This document shows, one piece after another, positions 1 through 15,000 of a DNA stretch of 64,000 bases (the first letter of the stretch is position 1; each line of letters opens with the position of its first letter). Position numbers and translations under genes: made by a program. The DNA is from Eledone cirrhosa (taxonomy: Eukaryota). The stretch spans positions 332,320,001 to 332,384,000 of the forward strand of contig OZ024742.1 in NCBI GenBank assembly GCA_964016885.1, written 5' to 3'. The notes below the pieces were generated by a model that saw only the letters and a list, made by a program, of their open reading frames with translations, ran no database searches and was not told the DNA's origin.

Positions 1-3000
1 GTTATTGTTGCTGGTGCTGTTGTTGTTACTGTTGCTGGTGGTGTAGTTGTTACTGTTGCTGGTGGTGTTGTTGTTACTGTTGCTGGAGGTGTTGTTGTTA
101 CTGTTACTGGTGGTGTTGTTGTTATTGTTGGTGGTGGTGTTGTTACTGTTGCTGGTGGTGTTGTTGTTACTGTTGCTGGTCCTGTTGTTGTTACTGTTGC
201 TGGTGGTGTTGTTGTTACTGTTGCTGGTGGTGTTGTTGTTACTGTTGCTGGTGGTGTTGTTGTTACTGTTGCTGGTGGTGTTGTTGTTACTGTTACTGGT
301 GGTGTTGTTACTGTTGCTGGTGGTGTTGTTGTTATTGTTGCTGGTGGTGTTGTTGTTACTGTTGCTGGAGGTGGTGTTGTTACTGTTGCTGGTGGTGGTG
401 TTGTTACTGTTGCTGGTGGTGGTGTTGTTATTGTTGGTGGTGTTGTTGTTACTGTTGCTGGTGGTGTTGTTGTTACTGTTGCTGGAGGTGGTGTTGTTAT
501 TGTTGGTGGTGGTGTTGTTACTGTTGCTGGTGGTGTTGTTGTTACTGTTGCTGGAGGTGGTGTTGTTACTGTTGCTGGTGGTGGTGTTGTTATTGTTGGT
601 GGTGGTGTTGTTACTGTTGCTTTTGGTGTTGTTGTTATTGTTGCTGGTGGTGTTTTTGTTATTGTTGCTGGTGGTGTTGTTGTTACTGTTGCTGGTGGTG
701 TTGTTGTTACTGTTGCTGGTGGTGTTGTTGTTATTGTTGCTGGTGGTGTTGTTGTTATTGTTGCTGGTGGTGTTGTTGTTACTGTTGCTGGTGGTGTAGT
801 TGTTACTGTTGCTGGTGGTGTAGTTGTTACTGTTGCTGGTGGTGTTGTTGTTACTGTTGCTGGTGGTGTTGTTGTTACTGTTGCTGGTGGTGTTGTTGTT
901 ACTGTTGCTGGTGGTGGTGTTGTTACTGTTGCTGGTGGTGTTGTTGTTACTGTTGCTGGTGGTGTTGTTACTGTTGCTGGTGGTGTTGTTGTTACTGTTG
1001 GTGGTGGTGTTGTTGTTACTGTTGCTGGTGGTGTTGTTGTTACTGTTGCTGGTGGTGTTGTTGTTATTGTTGCTGGTGGTGTTGTTGTTATTGTTGCTGG
1101 TGGTGTTGTTGTTATTGTTGCTGGTGGTGTTGTTGTTACTGTTGCTTGGTGGTGGTGTTGTTACTGTTGCTGGTGGTGTTGTTACTGTTGCTGGTGGTGT
1201 TGTTGTTACTGTTGGTCGTGGTGTTGTTGTTACTGTTGGTGGTGGTGTTGTTGTTACTGTTGCTGGTGGTGTTGTTGTTACTGTTGCTGGTGGTGTTGTT
1301 ATTACTGTTGCTGGTGGTGTTGTTACTGTTGCTGGTGGTGTTGTTGTTACTGTTGCTGGTGGTGTTGTTACTCTTGCTGGTGGTGTTGTTGTTACTGTTG
1401 CTGGTTGTGTTGTTACTGTTGCTGGTGGTGTTGTTGTTACCGTTGCTGGTGGTGTTGTTGTTATTGTTGCTGGTGTTGTTGTTCTTACTGTTGCTGGTGG
1501 TGTTGTTGTTACTGTTGCTGGTGGTGTTGTTATTACTGTTGCTGGTGGTGTTGTTACTGTTGCTGGTGGTGTTGTTGTTACTGTTGCTGGTGGTGTTGTT
1601 GTTACTGTTGCTGGTGGTGTAGTTGTTACTGTTACTGGTGGTGTTGTTGTTACTGTTGCTGGTGGTGTTGTTGTTACTGTTGCTGGTGTTGTTGTTACTG
1701 TTGCTGGTGGTGTAGTTGTTACTGTTACTGGTGGTGTTGTTGTTACTGTTGCTGGTGGTGTTGTTGTTACTGTTGCTGGTGGTGTTGTTGTTATTGTTGC
1801 TGGTGGTGTTGTTGTTACTGTTGCTGGTGGTGTTGTTGTTACTGTTGCTGGTGGTGTTGTTGTTATTGTTGCTGGTGGTGTTGTTGTTACTGTTGCTGGT
1901 GGTGTTGTTATTGTTGCTGGTGGTGGTGTTGTTACTGTTGCTGGTGGTGTTGTTGTTACTGTTGGTGGTGTTGTTGTTGTTACTGTTGCTGGTGGTGTTG
2001 TTGTTACTGTTGCTGGTGGTGTTGTTATTGTTGCTGGTGGTGTTGTTATTGTTGCTGGTGGTGTTGTTATTGTTGCTGGTGGTGTTGTTGTTACTGTTGC
2101 TGGTGGTGTTGTTGTTGTTGCTGGTGGTGTTGTTGTTACTGTTGCTGGTGTTGTTGTTATTGTTGCTGGTGGTGGTGGTGTTACTGTTGCTGGTGTTGTT
2201 GTTATTGTTGATGGTGGTGTTGTTGTTACTGTTGCTGGTGGTGTTGTTGTTACTGTTGCTGGTTGTGTTGTTGTTACTGTTGCTGGTGGTGTTGTTGTTA
2301 CTGTTGCTGGTGGTGTTGTTATTGTTGATAGTGGTGTTGTTGTTACTGTTGCTGGTGGTGTTGTTGTTACTGTTGCTGGTGGTGTTGTTGTTACTGTTGC
2401 TGGTGGTGTTGTTGTTACTGTTGCTGGTGGTGTTGTTGTTACTGTTGCTGGTGGTGTTGTTACTGTTGTTGGTGGTGTTGTTGTTACTGTTGTTGGTGTT
2501 GGTGTTGTTACTGTTGTTGGTGGTGGTGTTGTTACTGTTGTGGTGGTGTTATTGTTACTGTTGCTGGTGGTGTTGTTGTTACTGTTGGTGGTGGTGTTGT
2601 TGTTATTGTTGCTGGTGGTGGTGTTGTTACTGTAACTGGTGTTGTTGTTGTTACTGTTGCTGGTGGTGTTGTTGTTACTGTTGCTGTTGGTGGTGTTGTT
2701 ACTGTTACTGGTGTTGTTGTTGTTACTGTTGCTGGTGGTGTTGTTGTTACTGTTACTGGTGGTGTTGTTGTTACTGTTGCTGGTGGTGTTGTTGTTACTG
2801 TTACTGGTGGTGTTGTTGTTACTGTTGCTGGTGGTGTTGTTGTTACTGTTGCTGGTGGTGTTGTTGTTATTGTTGCTGGTGGTGTTGTTGTTACTGTTGC
2901 TGGTGGTGTTGTTGTTACTGTTGCTGTTGGTGGTGTTGTTACTGTTGCTGGTGCTGTTATTGTTATTGTTGCTGGTGGTGTAGTTGTTACTGTTGCTGGT

Positions 3001-6000
3001 GGTGTTGTTGTTACTGTTGCTGGTGGTGTTGTTGTTACTGTTGCTGGTGGTGTTTTTGTTACTGTTGTTGGTGGTGTTATTGTTATTGTTGCTGGTGGCG
3101 TTGTTGTTACTGTTGGTGGTGGTGTTGTTGTTACTGTTGCTGGTGGTGTTGTTGTTACTGTTGCTGGTGGTGTTGTTGTTACTGTTGCTGGTGGTGTAGT
3201 TGTTACTGTTGTGGTGGTGGTGTTGTTACTGTTGGTGGTGGTGTAGTTGTTACTGTTGTGGTGGTGTTGTTACTGTTGCTGGTGCTGTTGTTGTTACTGT
3301 TGCTGGTGGTGTTTTTGTTACTGTTGTTGGTGGTGTTATTGTTATTGTTGCTGGATGACGTTGTTGTTACTGTTGGTGGTGGTGTTGTTGTTACTGTTGC
3401 TGGTGGTGTTGTTGTTATTGTTGCTGGTGCTGTTGTTGTTACTGTTGCTGGTGGTGTAGTTGTTACTGTTGCTGGTGGTGTTGTTGTTACTGTTGCTGGA
3501 GGTGTTGTTGTTACTGTTACTGGTGGTGTTGTTGTTATTGTTGGTGGTGGTGTTGTTACTATTGCTGGTGGTGTTGTTGTTACTGTTGCTGGTCCTGTTG
3601 TTGTTACTGTTGCTGGTGGTGTTGTTGTTACTGTTGCTGGTGGTGTTGTTGTTACTGTTGCTGGTGGTGTTGTTGTTACTGTTGCTGGTGGTGTTGTTGT
3701 TACTGTTACTGGTGGTGTTGTTACTGTTGCTGGTGGTGTTGTTGTTATTGTTGCTGGTGGTGTTGTTGTTACTGTTGCTGGAGGTGGTGTTGTTACTGTT
3801 GCTGGTGGTGGTGTTGTTACTGTTGCTGGTGGTGGTGTTGTTATTGTTGGTGGTGTTGTTGTTACTGTTGCTGGTGGTGTTGTTGTTACTGTTGCTGGAG
3901 GTGGTGTTGTTATTGTTGGTGGTGGTGTTGTTACTGTTGCTGGTGGTGTTGTTGTTACTGTTGCTGGAGGTGGTGTTGTTATTGTTGGTGGTGGTGTTGT
4001 TACTGTTGCTGGTGGTGTTGTTGTTACTGTTGCTGGAGGTGGTGTTGTTACTGTTGCTGGTGGTGGTGTTGTTATTGTTGGTGGTGGTGTTGTTACTGTT
4101 GCTGTTGGTGTTGTTGTTATTGTTGCTGGTGGTGTTTTTGTTATTGTTGCTGGTGGTGTTGTTGTTACTGTTGCTGGTGGTGTTGTTGTTACTGTTGCTG
4201 GTGGTGTTGTTGTTACTGTTGCTGGTGGTGTAGTTGTTACTGTTGCTGGTGGTGTAGTTGTTACTGTTGCTGGTGGTGTTGTTGTTACTGTTGCTGGTGG
4301 TGTTGTTGTTACTGTTGCTGGTGGTGTTGTTGTTACTGTTGCTGGTGGTGGTGTTGTTACTGTTGCTGGTGGTGTTGTTGTTACTGTTGCTGGTGGTGTT
4401 GTTGTTACTGTTGCTGGTGGTGTTGTTATTGTTGCTGGTGGTGTTGTTATTGTTGCTGGTGGTGTTGTTGTTACTGTTGCTGGTGGTGTTGTTGTTACTG
4501 TTGCTGGTGGTGTTGTTATTGTTGCTGGTGGTGTTGTTGTTACTGTTGCTGGTGTTGTTGTTATTGTTGCTGGTGGTGGTGGTGTTACTGTTGCTGGTGT
4601 TGTTGTTATTGTTGATGGTGGTGTTGTTGTTACTGTTGCTGGTGGTGTTGTTGTTACTGTTGCTGGTTGTGTTGTTGTTACTGTTGCTGGTGGTGTTGTT
4701 GTTACTGTTGCTGGTGGTGTTGTTATTGTTGATAGTGGTGTTGTTGTTACTGTTGCTGGTGGTGTTGTTGTTACTGTTGCTGGTGGTGTTGTTGTTACTG
4801 TTGCTGGTGGTGTTGTTGTTACTGTTGCTGGTGGTGTTGTTGTTACTGTTGCTGGTGGTGTTGTTACTGTTGTTGGTGGTGTTGTTGTTACTGTTGTTGG
4901 TGTTGGTGTTGTTACTGTTGTTGGTGGTGGTGTTGTTACTGTTGTGGTGGTGTTATTGTTACTGTTGCTGGTGGTGTTGTTGTTACTGTTGGTGGTGGTG
5001 TTGTTGTTATTGTTGCTGGTGGTGTTGTTGTTATTGTTGCTGTTGGTGGTGTTGTTACTGTAACTGGTGGTGTTGTTGTTACTGTTGCTGGTGGTGTTGT
5101 TGTTACTGTTGCTGGTGGTGTTGTTGTTATTGTTGCTGGTGGTGTTGTTGTTACTGTTGCTGGTGGTGTTGTTGTTACTGTTGCTGTTGGTGGTGTTGTT
5201 ACTGTTGCTGGTGCTGTTATTGTTATTGTTGCTGGTGGTGTAGTTGTTACTGTTGCTGGTGGTGTTGTTGTTACTGTTGCTGGTGGTGTTGTTGTTACTG
5301 TTGCTGGTGGTGTTTTTGTTACTGTTGTTGGTGGTGTTATTGTTATTGTTGCTGGTGGCGTTGTTGTTACTGATGGTGGTGGTGTTCTTGTTACTGTTGC
5401 TGGTGGTGTTGTTGTTACTGTTGCTGGTGGTGTTGTTGTTACTGTTGCTGGTGGTGTAGTTGTTACTGTTGTGGTGGTGGTGTTGTTACTGTTGGTGGTG
5501 GTGTAGTTGTTACTGTTGTGGTGGTGTTGTTACTGTTGCTGGTGCTGTTGTTGTTACTGTTGCTGGTGGTGTTTTTGTTACTGTTGTTGGTGGTGTTATT
5601 GTTATTGTTGCTGGATGACGTTGTTGTTACTGTTGGTGGTGGTGTTGTTGTTACTGTTGCTGGTGGTGTTGTTGTTATTGTTGCTGGTGCTGTTGTTGTT
5701 ACTGTTGCTGGTGGTGTAGTTGTTACTGTTGCTGGTGGTGTTGTTGTTACTGTTGCTGGAGGTGTTGTTGTTACTGTTACTGGTGGTGTTGTTGTTATTG
5801 TTGGTGGTGGTGTTGTTACTGTTGCTGGTGGTGTTGTTGTTACTGTTGCTGGTCCTGTTGTTGTTACTGTTGCTGGTGGTGTTGTTGTTACTGTTGCTGG
5901 TGGTGTTGTTGTTACTGTTGCTGGTGGTGTTGTTGTTACTGTTGCTGGTGGTGTTGTTGTTACTGTTACTGGTGGTGTTGTTACTGTTGCTGGTGGTGTT

Positions 6001-9000
6001 GTTGTTATTGTTGCTGGTGGTGTTGTTGTTACTGTTGCTGGAGGTGGTGTTGTTACTGTTGCTGGTGGTGGTGTTGTTACTGTTGCTGGTGGTGGTGTTG
6101 TTATTGTTGGTGGTGTTGTTGTTACTGTTGCTGGTGGTGTTGTTGTTACTGTTGCTGGAGGTGGTGTTGTTATTGTTGGTGGTGGTGTTGTTACTGTTGC
6201 TGGTGGTGTTGTTGTTACTGTTGCTGGAGGTGGTGTTGTTATTGTTGGTGGTGGTGTTGTTACTGTTGCTGGTGGTGTTGTTGTTACTGTTGCTGGAGGT
6301 GGTGTTGTTACTGTTGCTGGTGGTGGTGTTGTTATTGTTGGTGGTGGTGTTGTTACTGTTGCTTTTGGTGTTGTTGTTATTGTTGCTGGTGGTGTTTTTG
6401 TTATTGTTGCTGGTGGTGTTGTTGTTACTGTTGCTGGTGGTGTTGTTGTTACTGTTGCTGGTGGTGTTGTTGTTATTGTTGCTGGTGGTGTTGTTGTTAT
6501 TGTTGCTGGTGGTGTTGTTGTTACTGTTGCTGGTGGTGTAGTTGTTACTGTTGCTGGTGGTGTAGTTGTTACTGTTGCTGGTGGTTTTGTTGTTACTGTT
6601 GCTGGTGGTGTTGTTGTTACTGTTGCTGGTGGTGTTGTTGTTACTGTTGCTGGTGGTGGTGTTGTTACTGTTGCTGGTGGTGTTGTTGTTACTGTTGCTG
6701 GTGGTGTTGTTACTGTTGCTGGTGGTGTTGTTGTTACTGTTGGTGGTGGTGTTGTTGTTACTGTTGCTGGTGGTGTTGTTGTTACTGTTGCTGGTGGTGT
6801 TGTTGTTATTGTTGCTGGTGGTGTTGTTGTTATTGTTGCTGGTGGTGTTGTTGTTATTGTTGCTGGTGGTGTTGTTGTTACTGTTGCTTGGTGGTGGTGT
6901 TGTTACTGTTGCTGGTGGTGTTGTTACTGTTGCTGGTGGTGTTGTTGTTACTGTTGGTCGTGGTGTTGTTGTTACTGTTGGTGGTGGTGTTGTTGTTACT
7001 GTTGCTGGTGGTGTTGTTGTTACTGTTGCTGGTGGTGTTGTTATTACTGTTGCTGGTGGTGTTGTTACTGTTGCTGGTGGTGTTGTTGTTACTGTTGCTG
7101 GTGGTGTTGTTACTCTTGCTGGTGGTGTTGTTGTTACTGTTGCTGGTTGTGTTGTTACTGTTGCTGGTGGTGTTGTTGTTACCGTTGCTGGTGGTGTTGT
7201 TGTTATTGTTGCTGGTGTTGTTGTTCTTACTGTTGCTGGTGGTGTTGTTGTTACTGTTGCTGGTGGTGTTGTTGTTACTGTTGCTGTTGGTGGTGTTGTT
7301 ACTGTTGCTGGTGCTGTTATTGTTATTGTTGCTGGTGGTGTAGTTGTTACTGTTGCTGGTGGTGTTGTTGTTACTGTTGCTGGTGGTGTTGTTGTTACTG
7401 TTGCTGGTGGTGTTTTTGTTACTGTTGTTGGTGGTGTTATTGTTATTGTTGCTGGTGGCGTTGTTGTTACTGATGGTGGTGGTGTTCTTGTTACTGTTGC
7501 TGGTGGTGTTGTTGTTACTGTTGCTGGTGGTGTTGTTGTTACTGTTGCTGGTGGTGTAGTTGTTACTGTTGTGGTGGTGGTGTTGTTACTGTTGGTGGTG
7601 GTGTAGTTGTTACTGTTGTGGTGGTGTTGTTACTGTTGCTGGTGCTGTTGTTGTTACTGTTGCTGGTGGTGTTTTTGTTACTGTTGTTGGTGGTGTTATT
7701 GTTATTGTTGCTGGATGACGTTGTTGTTACTGTTGGTGGTGGTGTTGTTGTTACTGTTGCTGGTGGTGTTGTTGTTATTGTTGCTGGTGCTGTTGTTGTT
7801 ACTGTTGCTGGTGGTGTAGTTGTTACTGTTGCTGGTGGTGTTGTTGTTACTGTTGCTGGAGGTGTTGTTGTTACTGTTACTGGTGGTGTTGTTGTTATTG
7901 TTGGTGGTGGTGTTGTTACTGTTGCTGGTGGTGTTGTTGTTACTGTTGCTGGTCCTGTTGTTGTTACTGTTGCTGGTGGTGTTGTTGTTACTGTTGCTGG
8001 TGGTGTTGTTGTTACTGTTGCTGGTGGTGTTGTTGTTACTGTTGCTGGTGGTGTTGTTGTTACTGTTACTGGTGGTGTTGTTACTGTTGCTGGTGGTGTT
8101 GTTGTTATTGTTGCTGGTGGTGTTGTTGTTACTGTTGCTGGAGGTGGTGTTGTTACTGTTGCTGGTGGTGGTGTTGTTACTGTTGCTGGTGGTGGTGTTG
8201 TTATTGTTGGTGGTGTTGTTGTTACTGTTGCTGGTGGTGTTGTTGTTACTGTTGCTGGAGGTGGTGTTGTTATTGTTGGTGGTGGTGTTGTTACTGTTGC
8301 TGGTGGTGTTGTTGTTACTGTTGCTGGAGGTGGTGTTGTTACTGTTGCTGGTGGTGGTGTTGTTATTGTTGGTGGTGGTGTTGTTACTGTTGCTTTTGGT
8401 GTTGTTGTTATTGTTGCTGGTGGTGTTTTTGTTATTGTTGCTGGTGGTGTTGTTGTTACTGTTGCTGGTGGTGTTGTTGTTACTGTTGCTGGTGGTGTTG
8501 TTGTTATTGTTGCTGGTGGTGTTGTTGTTATTGTTGCTGGTGGTGTTGTTGTTACTGTTGCTGGTGGTGTAGTTGTTACTGTTGCTGGTGGTGTAGTTGT
8601 TACTGTTGCTGGTGGTGTTGTTGTTACTGTTGCTGGTGGTGTTGTTGTTACTGTTGCTGGTGGTGTTGTTGTTACTGTTGCTGGTGGTGGTGTTGTTACT
8701 GTTGCTGGTGGTGTTGTTGTTACTGTTGCTGGTGGTGTTGTTACTGTTGCTGGTGGTGTTGTTGTTACTGTTGGTGGTGGTGTTGTTGTTACTGTTGCTG
8801 GTGGTGTTGTTGTTACTGTTGCTGGTGGTGTTGTTGTTATTGTTGCTGGTGGTGTTGTTGTTATTGTTGCTGGTGGTGTTGTTGTTATTGTTGCTGGTGG
8901 TGTTGTTGTTACTGTTGCTTGGTGGTGGTGTTGTTACTGTTGCTGGTGGTGTTGTTACTGTTGCTGGTGGTGTTGTTGTTACTGTTGGTCGTGGTGTTGT

Positions 9001-12000
9001 TGTTACTGTTGGTGGTGGTGTTGTTGTTACTGTTGCTGGTGGTGTTGTTGTTACTGTTGCTGGTGGTGTTGTTATTACTGTTGCTGGTGGTGTTGTTACT
9101 GTTGCTGGTGGTGTTGTTGTTACTGTTGCTGGTGGTGTTGTTACTCTTGCTGGTGGTGTTGTTGTTACTGTTGCTGGTTGTGTTGTTACTGTTGCTGGTG
9201 GTGTTGTTGTTACCGTTGCTGGTGGTGTTGTTGTTATTGTTGCTGGTGTTGTTGTTCTTACTGTTGCTGGTGGTGTTGTTGTTACTGTTGCTGGTGGTGT
9301 TGTTATTACTGTTGCTGGTGGTGTTGTTACTGTTGCTGGTGGTGTTGTTGTTACTGTTGCTGGTGGTGTTGTTGTTACTGTTGCTGGTGGTGTAGTTGTT
9401 ACTGTTACTGGTGGTGTTGTTGTTACTGTTGCTGGTGGTGTTGTTGTTACTGTTGCTGGTGTTGTTGTTACTGTTGCTGGTGGTGTAGTTGTTACTGTTA
9501 CTGGTGGTGTTGTTGTTACTGTTGCTGGTGGTGTTGTTGTTACTGTTGCTGGTGGTGTTGTTGTTATTGTTGCTGGTGGTGTTGTTGTTACTGTTGCTGG
9601 TGGTGTTGTTGTTACTGTTGCTGGTGGTGTTGTTGTTATTGTTGCTGGTGGTGTTGTTGTTACTGTTGCTGGTGGTGTTGTTATTGTTGCTGGTGGTGGT
9701 GTTGTTACTGTTGCTGGTGGTGTTGTTGTTACTGTTGGTGGTTTTGTTGTTGTTACTGTTGCTGGTGGTGTTGTTGTTACTGTTGCTGGTGGTGTTGTTA
9801 TTGTTGCTGGTGGTGTTGTTATTGTTGCTGGTGGTGTTGTTATTGTTGCTGGTGGTGTTGTTGTTACTGTTGCTGGTGGTGTTGTTGTTGTTGCTGGTGG
9901 TGTTGTTGTTACTGTTGCTGGTGTTGGTGTTATTGTTGCTGGTGGTGGTGGTGTTACTGTTGCTGGTGTTGTTGTTATTGTTGATGGTGGTGTTGTTGTT
10001 ACTGTTGCTGGTGGTGTTGTTGTTACTGTTGCTGGTTGTGTTGTTGTTACTGTTGCTGGTGGTGTTGTTGTTACTGTTGCTGGTGGTGTTGTTATTGTTG
10101 ATAGTGGTGTTGTTGTTACTGTTGCTGGTGGTGTTGTTGTTACTGTTGCTGGTGGTGTTGTTGTTACTGTTGCTGGTGGTGTTGTTGTTACTGTTGCTGG
10201 TGGTGTTGTTGTTACTGTTGCTGGTGGTGTTGTTACTGTTGTTGGTGGTGTTGTTGTTACTGTTGTTGGTGTTGGTGTTGTTACTGTTGTTGGTGGTGGT
10301 GTTGTTACTGTTGTGGTGGTGTTATTGTTACTGTTGCTGGTGGTGTTGTTGTTACTGTTGGTGGTGGTGTTGTTGTTATTGTTGCTGGTGGTGTTGTTGT
10401 TATTGTTGCTGTTGGTGGTGTTGTTACTGTAACTGGTGTTGTTGTTGTTACTGTTGCTGGTGGTGTTGTTGTTACTGTTGCTGTTGGTGGTGTTGTTACT
10501 GTTACTGGTGTTGTTGTTGTTACTGTTGCTGGTGGTGTTGTTGTTACTGTTACTGGTGGTGTTGTTGTTACTGTTGCTGGTGGTGTTGTTGTTACTGTTA
10601 CTGGTGGTGTTGTTGTTACTGTTGCTGGTGGTGTTGTTGTTACTGTTGCTGGTGGTGTTGTTGTTATTGTTGCTGGTGGTGTTGTTGTTACTGTTGCTGG
10701 TGGTGTTGTTGTTACTGTTGCTGTTGGTGGTGTTGTTACTGTTGCTGGTGCTGTTATTGTTATTGTTGCTGGTGGTGTAGTTGTTACTGTTGCTGGTGGT
10801 GTTGTTGTTACTGTTGCTGGTGGTGTTGTTGTTACTGTTGCTGGTGGTGTTTTTGTTACTGTTGTTGGTGGTGTTATTGTTATTGTTGCTGGTGGCGTTG
10901 TTGTTACTGTTGGTGGTGGTGTTGTTGTTACTGTTGCTGGTGGTGTTGTTGTTACTGTTGCTGGTGGTGTTGTTGTTACTGTTGCTGGTGGTGTAGTTGT
11001 TACTGTTGTGGTGGTGGTGTTGTTACTGTTGGTGGTGGTGTAGTTGTTACTGTTGTGGTGGTGTTGTTACTGTTGCTGGTGCTGTTGTTGTTACTGTTGT
11101 TGGTGGTGTTATTGTTATTGTTGCTGGATGACGTTGTTGTTACTGTTGGTGGTGGTGTTGTTGTTACTGTTGCTGGTGGTGTTGTTGTTATTGTTGCTGG
11201 TGCTGTTGTTGTTACTGTTGCTGGTGGTGTAGTTGTTACTGTTGCTGGTGGTGTTGTTGTTACTGTTGCTGGAGGTGTTGTTGTTACTGTTACTGGTGGT
11301 GTTGTTGTTATTGTTGGTGGTGGTGTTGTTACTATTGCTGGTGGTGTTGTTGTTACTGTTGCTGGTCCTGTTGTTGTTACTGTTGCTGGTGGTGTTGTTG
11401 TTACTGTTGCTGGTGGTGTTGTTGTTACTGTTGCTGGTGGTGTTGTTGTTACTGTTGCTGGTGGTGTTGTTGTTACTGTTACTGGTGGTGTTGTTACTGT
11501 TGCTGGTGGTGTTGTTGTTATTGTTGCTGGTGGTGTTGTTGTTACTGTTGCTGGAGGTGGTGTTGTTACTGTTGCTGGTGGTGGTGTTGTTACTGTTGCT
11601 GGTGGTGGTGTTGTTATTGTTGGTGGTGTTGTTGTTACTGTTGCTGGTGGTGTTGTTGTTACTGTTGCTGGAGGTGGTGTTGTTATTGTTGGTGGTGGTG
11701 TTGTTACTGTTGCTGGTGGTGTTGTTGTTACTGTTGCTGGAGGTGGTGTTGTTATTGTTGGTGGTGGTGTTGTTACTGTTGCTGGTGGTGTTGTTGTTAC
11801 TGTTGCTGGAGGTGGTGTTGTTACTGTTGCTGGTGGTGGTGTTGTTATTGTTGGTGGTGGTGTTGTTACTGTTGCTGTTGGTGTTGTTGTTATTGTTGCT
11901 GGTGGTGTTTTTGTTATTGTTGCTGGTGGTGTTGTTGTTACTGTTGCTGGTGGTGTTGTTGTTACTGTTGCTGGTGGTGTTGTTGTTACTGTTGCTGGTG

Positions 12001-15000
12001 GTGTAGTTGTTACTGTTGCTGGTGGTGTAGTTGTTACTGTTGCTGGTGGTGTTGTTGTTACTGTTGCTGGTGGTGTTGTTGTTACTGTTGCTGGTGGTGT
12101 TGTTGTTACTGTTGCTGGTGGTGGTGTTGTTACTGTTGCTGGTGGTGTTGTTGTTACTGTTGCTGGTGGTGTTGTTGTTACTGTTGCTGGTGGTGTTGTT
12201 ATTGTTGCTGGTGGTGTTGTTATTGTTGCTGGTGGTGTTGTTGTTACTGTTGCTGGTGGTGTTGTTGTTACTGTTGCTGGTGGTGTTGTTATTGTTGCTG
12301 GTGGTGTTGTTGTTACTGTTGCTGGTGTTGTTGTTATTGTTGCTGGTGGTGGTGGTGTTACTGTTGCTGGTGTTGTTGTTATTGTTGATGGTGGTGTTGT
12401 TGTTACTGTTGCTGGTGGTGTTGTTGTTACTGTTGCTGGTTGTGTTGTTGTTACTGTTGCTGGTGGTGTTGTTGTTACTGTTGCTGGTGGTGTTGTTATT
12501 GTTGATAGTGGTGTTGTTGTTACTGTTGCTGGTGGTGTTGTTGTTACTGTTGCTGGTGGTGTTGTTGTTACTGTTGCTGGTGGTGTTGTTGTTACTGTTG
12601 CTGGTGGTGTTGTTGTTACTGTTGCTGGTGGTGTTGTTACTGTTGTTGGTGGTGTTGTTGTTACTGTTGTTGGTGTTGGTGTTGTTACTGTTGTTGGTGG
12701 TGGTGTTGTTACTGTTGTGGTGGTGTTATTGTTACTGTTGCTGGTGGTGTTGTTGTTACTGTTGGTGGTGGTGTTGTTGTTATTGTTGCTGGTGGTGTTG
12801 TTGTTATTGTTGCTGTTGGTGGTGTTGTTACTGTAACTGGTGTTGTTGTTGTTACTGTTGCTGGTGGTGTTGTTGTTATTGTTGCTGTTGGTGGTGTTGT
12901 TACTGTTACTGGTGGTGTTGTTGTTACTGTTGCTGGTGGTGTTGTTGTTACTGTTACTGGTGGTGTTGTTGTTACTGTTGCTGGTGGTGTTGTTGTTACT
13001 GTTGCTGGTGGTGTTGTTGTTATTGTTGCTGGTGGTGTTGTTGTTACTGTTGCTGGTGGTGTTGTTGTTACTGTTGCTGTTGGTGGTGTTGTTACTGTTG
13101 CTGGTGCTGTTATTGTTATTGTTGCTGGTGGTGTAGTTGTTACTGTTGCTGGTGGTGTTGTTGTTACTGTTGCTGGTGGTGTTGTTGTTACTGTTGCTGG
13201 TGGTGTTTTTGTTACTGTTGTTGGTGGTGTTATTGTTATTGTTGCTGGTGGCGTTGTTGTTACTGTTGGTGGTGGTGTTGTTGTTACTGTTGCTGGTGGT
13301 GTTGTTGTTACTGTTGCTGGTGGTGTTGTTGTTACTGTTGCTGGTGGTGTAGTTATTACTGTTGTGGTGGTGGTGTTGTTACTGTTGGTGGTGGTGTAGT
13401 TGTTACTGTTGTGGTGGTGTTGTTACTGTTGCTGGTGCTGTTGTTGTTACTGTTGCTGGTGGTGTTTTTGTTACTGTTGTTGGTGGTGTTATTGTTATTG
13501 TTGCTGGATGACGTTGTTGTTACTGTTGGTGGTGGTGTTGTTGTTACTGTTGCTGGTGGTGTTGTTGTTATTGTTGCTGGTGCTGTTGTTGTTACTGTTG
13601 CTGGTGGTGTAGTTGTTACTGTTGCTGGTGGTGTTGTTGTTACTGTTGCTGGAGGTGTTGTTGTTACTGTTACTGGTGGTGTTGTTGTTATTGTTGGTGG
13701 TGGTGTTGTTACTGTTGCTGGTGGTGTTGTTGTTACTGTTGCTGGTCCTGTTGTTGTTACTGTTGCTGGTGGTGTTGTTGTTACTGTTGCTGGTGGTGTT
13801 GTTGTTACTGTTGCTGGTGGTGTTGTTGTTACTGTTGCTGGTGGTGTTGTTGTTACTGTTACTGGTGGTGTTGTTACTGTTGCTGGTGGTGTTGTTGTTA
13901 TTGTTGCTGGTGGTGTTGTTGTTACTGTTGCTGGAGGTGGTGTTGTTACTGTTGCTGGTGGTGGTGTTGTTACTGTTGCTGGTGGTGGTGTTGTTATTGT
14001 TGGTGGTGTTGTTGTTACTGTTGCTGGTGGTGTTGTTGTTACTGTTGCTGGAGGTGGTGTTGTTATTGTTGGTGGTGGTGTTGTTACTGTTGCTGGTGGT
14101 GTTGTTGTTACTGTTGCTGGAGGTGGTGTTGTTATTGTTGGTGGTGGTGTTGTTACTGTTGCTGGTGGTGTTGTTGTTACTGTTGCTGGAGGTGGTGTTG
14201 TTACTGTTGCTGGTGGTGGTGTTGTTATTGTTGGTGGTGGTGTTGTTACTGTTGCTGTTGGTGTTGTTGTTATTGTTGCTGGTGGTGTTTTTGTTATTGT
14301 TGCTGGTTGTGTTGTTGTTACTGTTGCTGGTGGTGTTGTTGTTACTGTTGCTGGTGGTGTTGTTGTTACTGTTGCTGGTGGTGTAGTTGTTACTGTTGCT
14401 GGTGGTGTAGTTGTTACTGTTGCTGGTGGTGTTGTTGTTACTGTTGCTGGTGGTGTTGTTGTTACTGTTGCTGGTGGTGTTGTTGTTACTGTTGCTGGTG
14501 GTGGTGTTGTTACTGTTGCTGGTGGTGTTGTTGTTACTGTTGCTGGTGGTGTTGTTACTGTTGCTGGTGGTGTTGTTGTTACTGTTGGTGGTGGTGTTGT
14601 TGTTACTGTTGCTGGTGGTGTTGTTGTTACTGTTGCTGGTGGTGTTGTTGTTATTGTTGCTGGTGGTGTTGTTGTTATTGTTGCTGGTGGTGTTGTTGTT
14701 ATTGTTGCTGGTGGTGTTGTTGTTACTGTTGCTGGTGGTGGTGTTGTTACTGTTGCTGGTGGTGTTGTTACTGTTGCTGGTGGTGTTGTTGTTACTGTTG
14801 GTCGTGGTGTTGTTGTTATTGTTGCTGGTGTTGTTGTTCTTACTGTTGCTGGTGGTGTTGTTGTTACTGTTGCTGGTGGTGTTGTTGTTACTGTTGCTGG
14901 TGGTGTTGTTGTTACTGTTGCTGGTGGTGTTGTTATTACTGTTGCTGGTGGTGTTGTTACTGTTGCTGGTGGTGTTGTTGTTATTGTTGGTGGTGGTGTT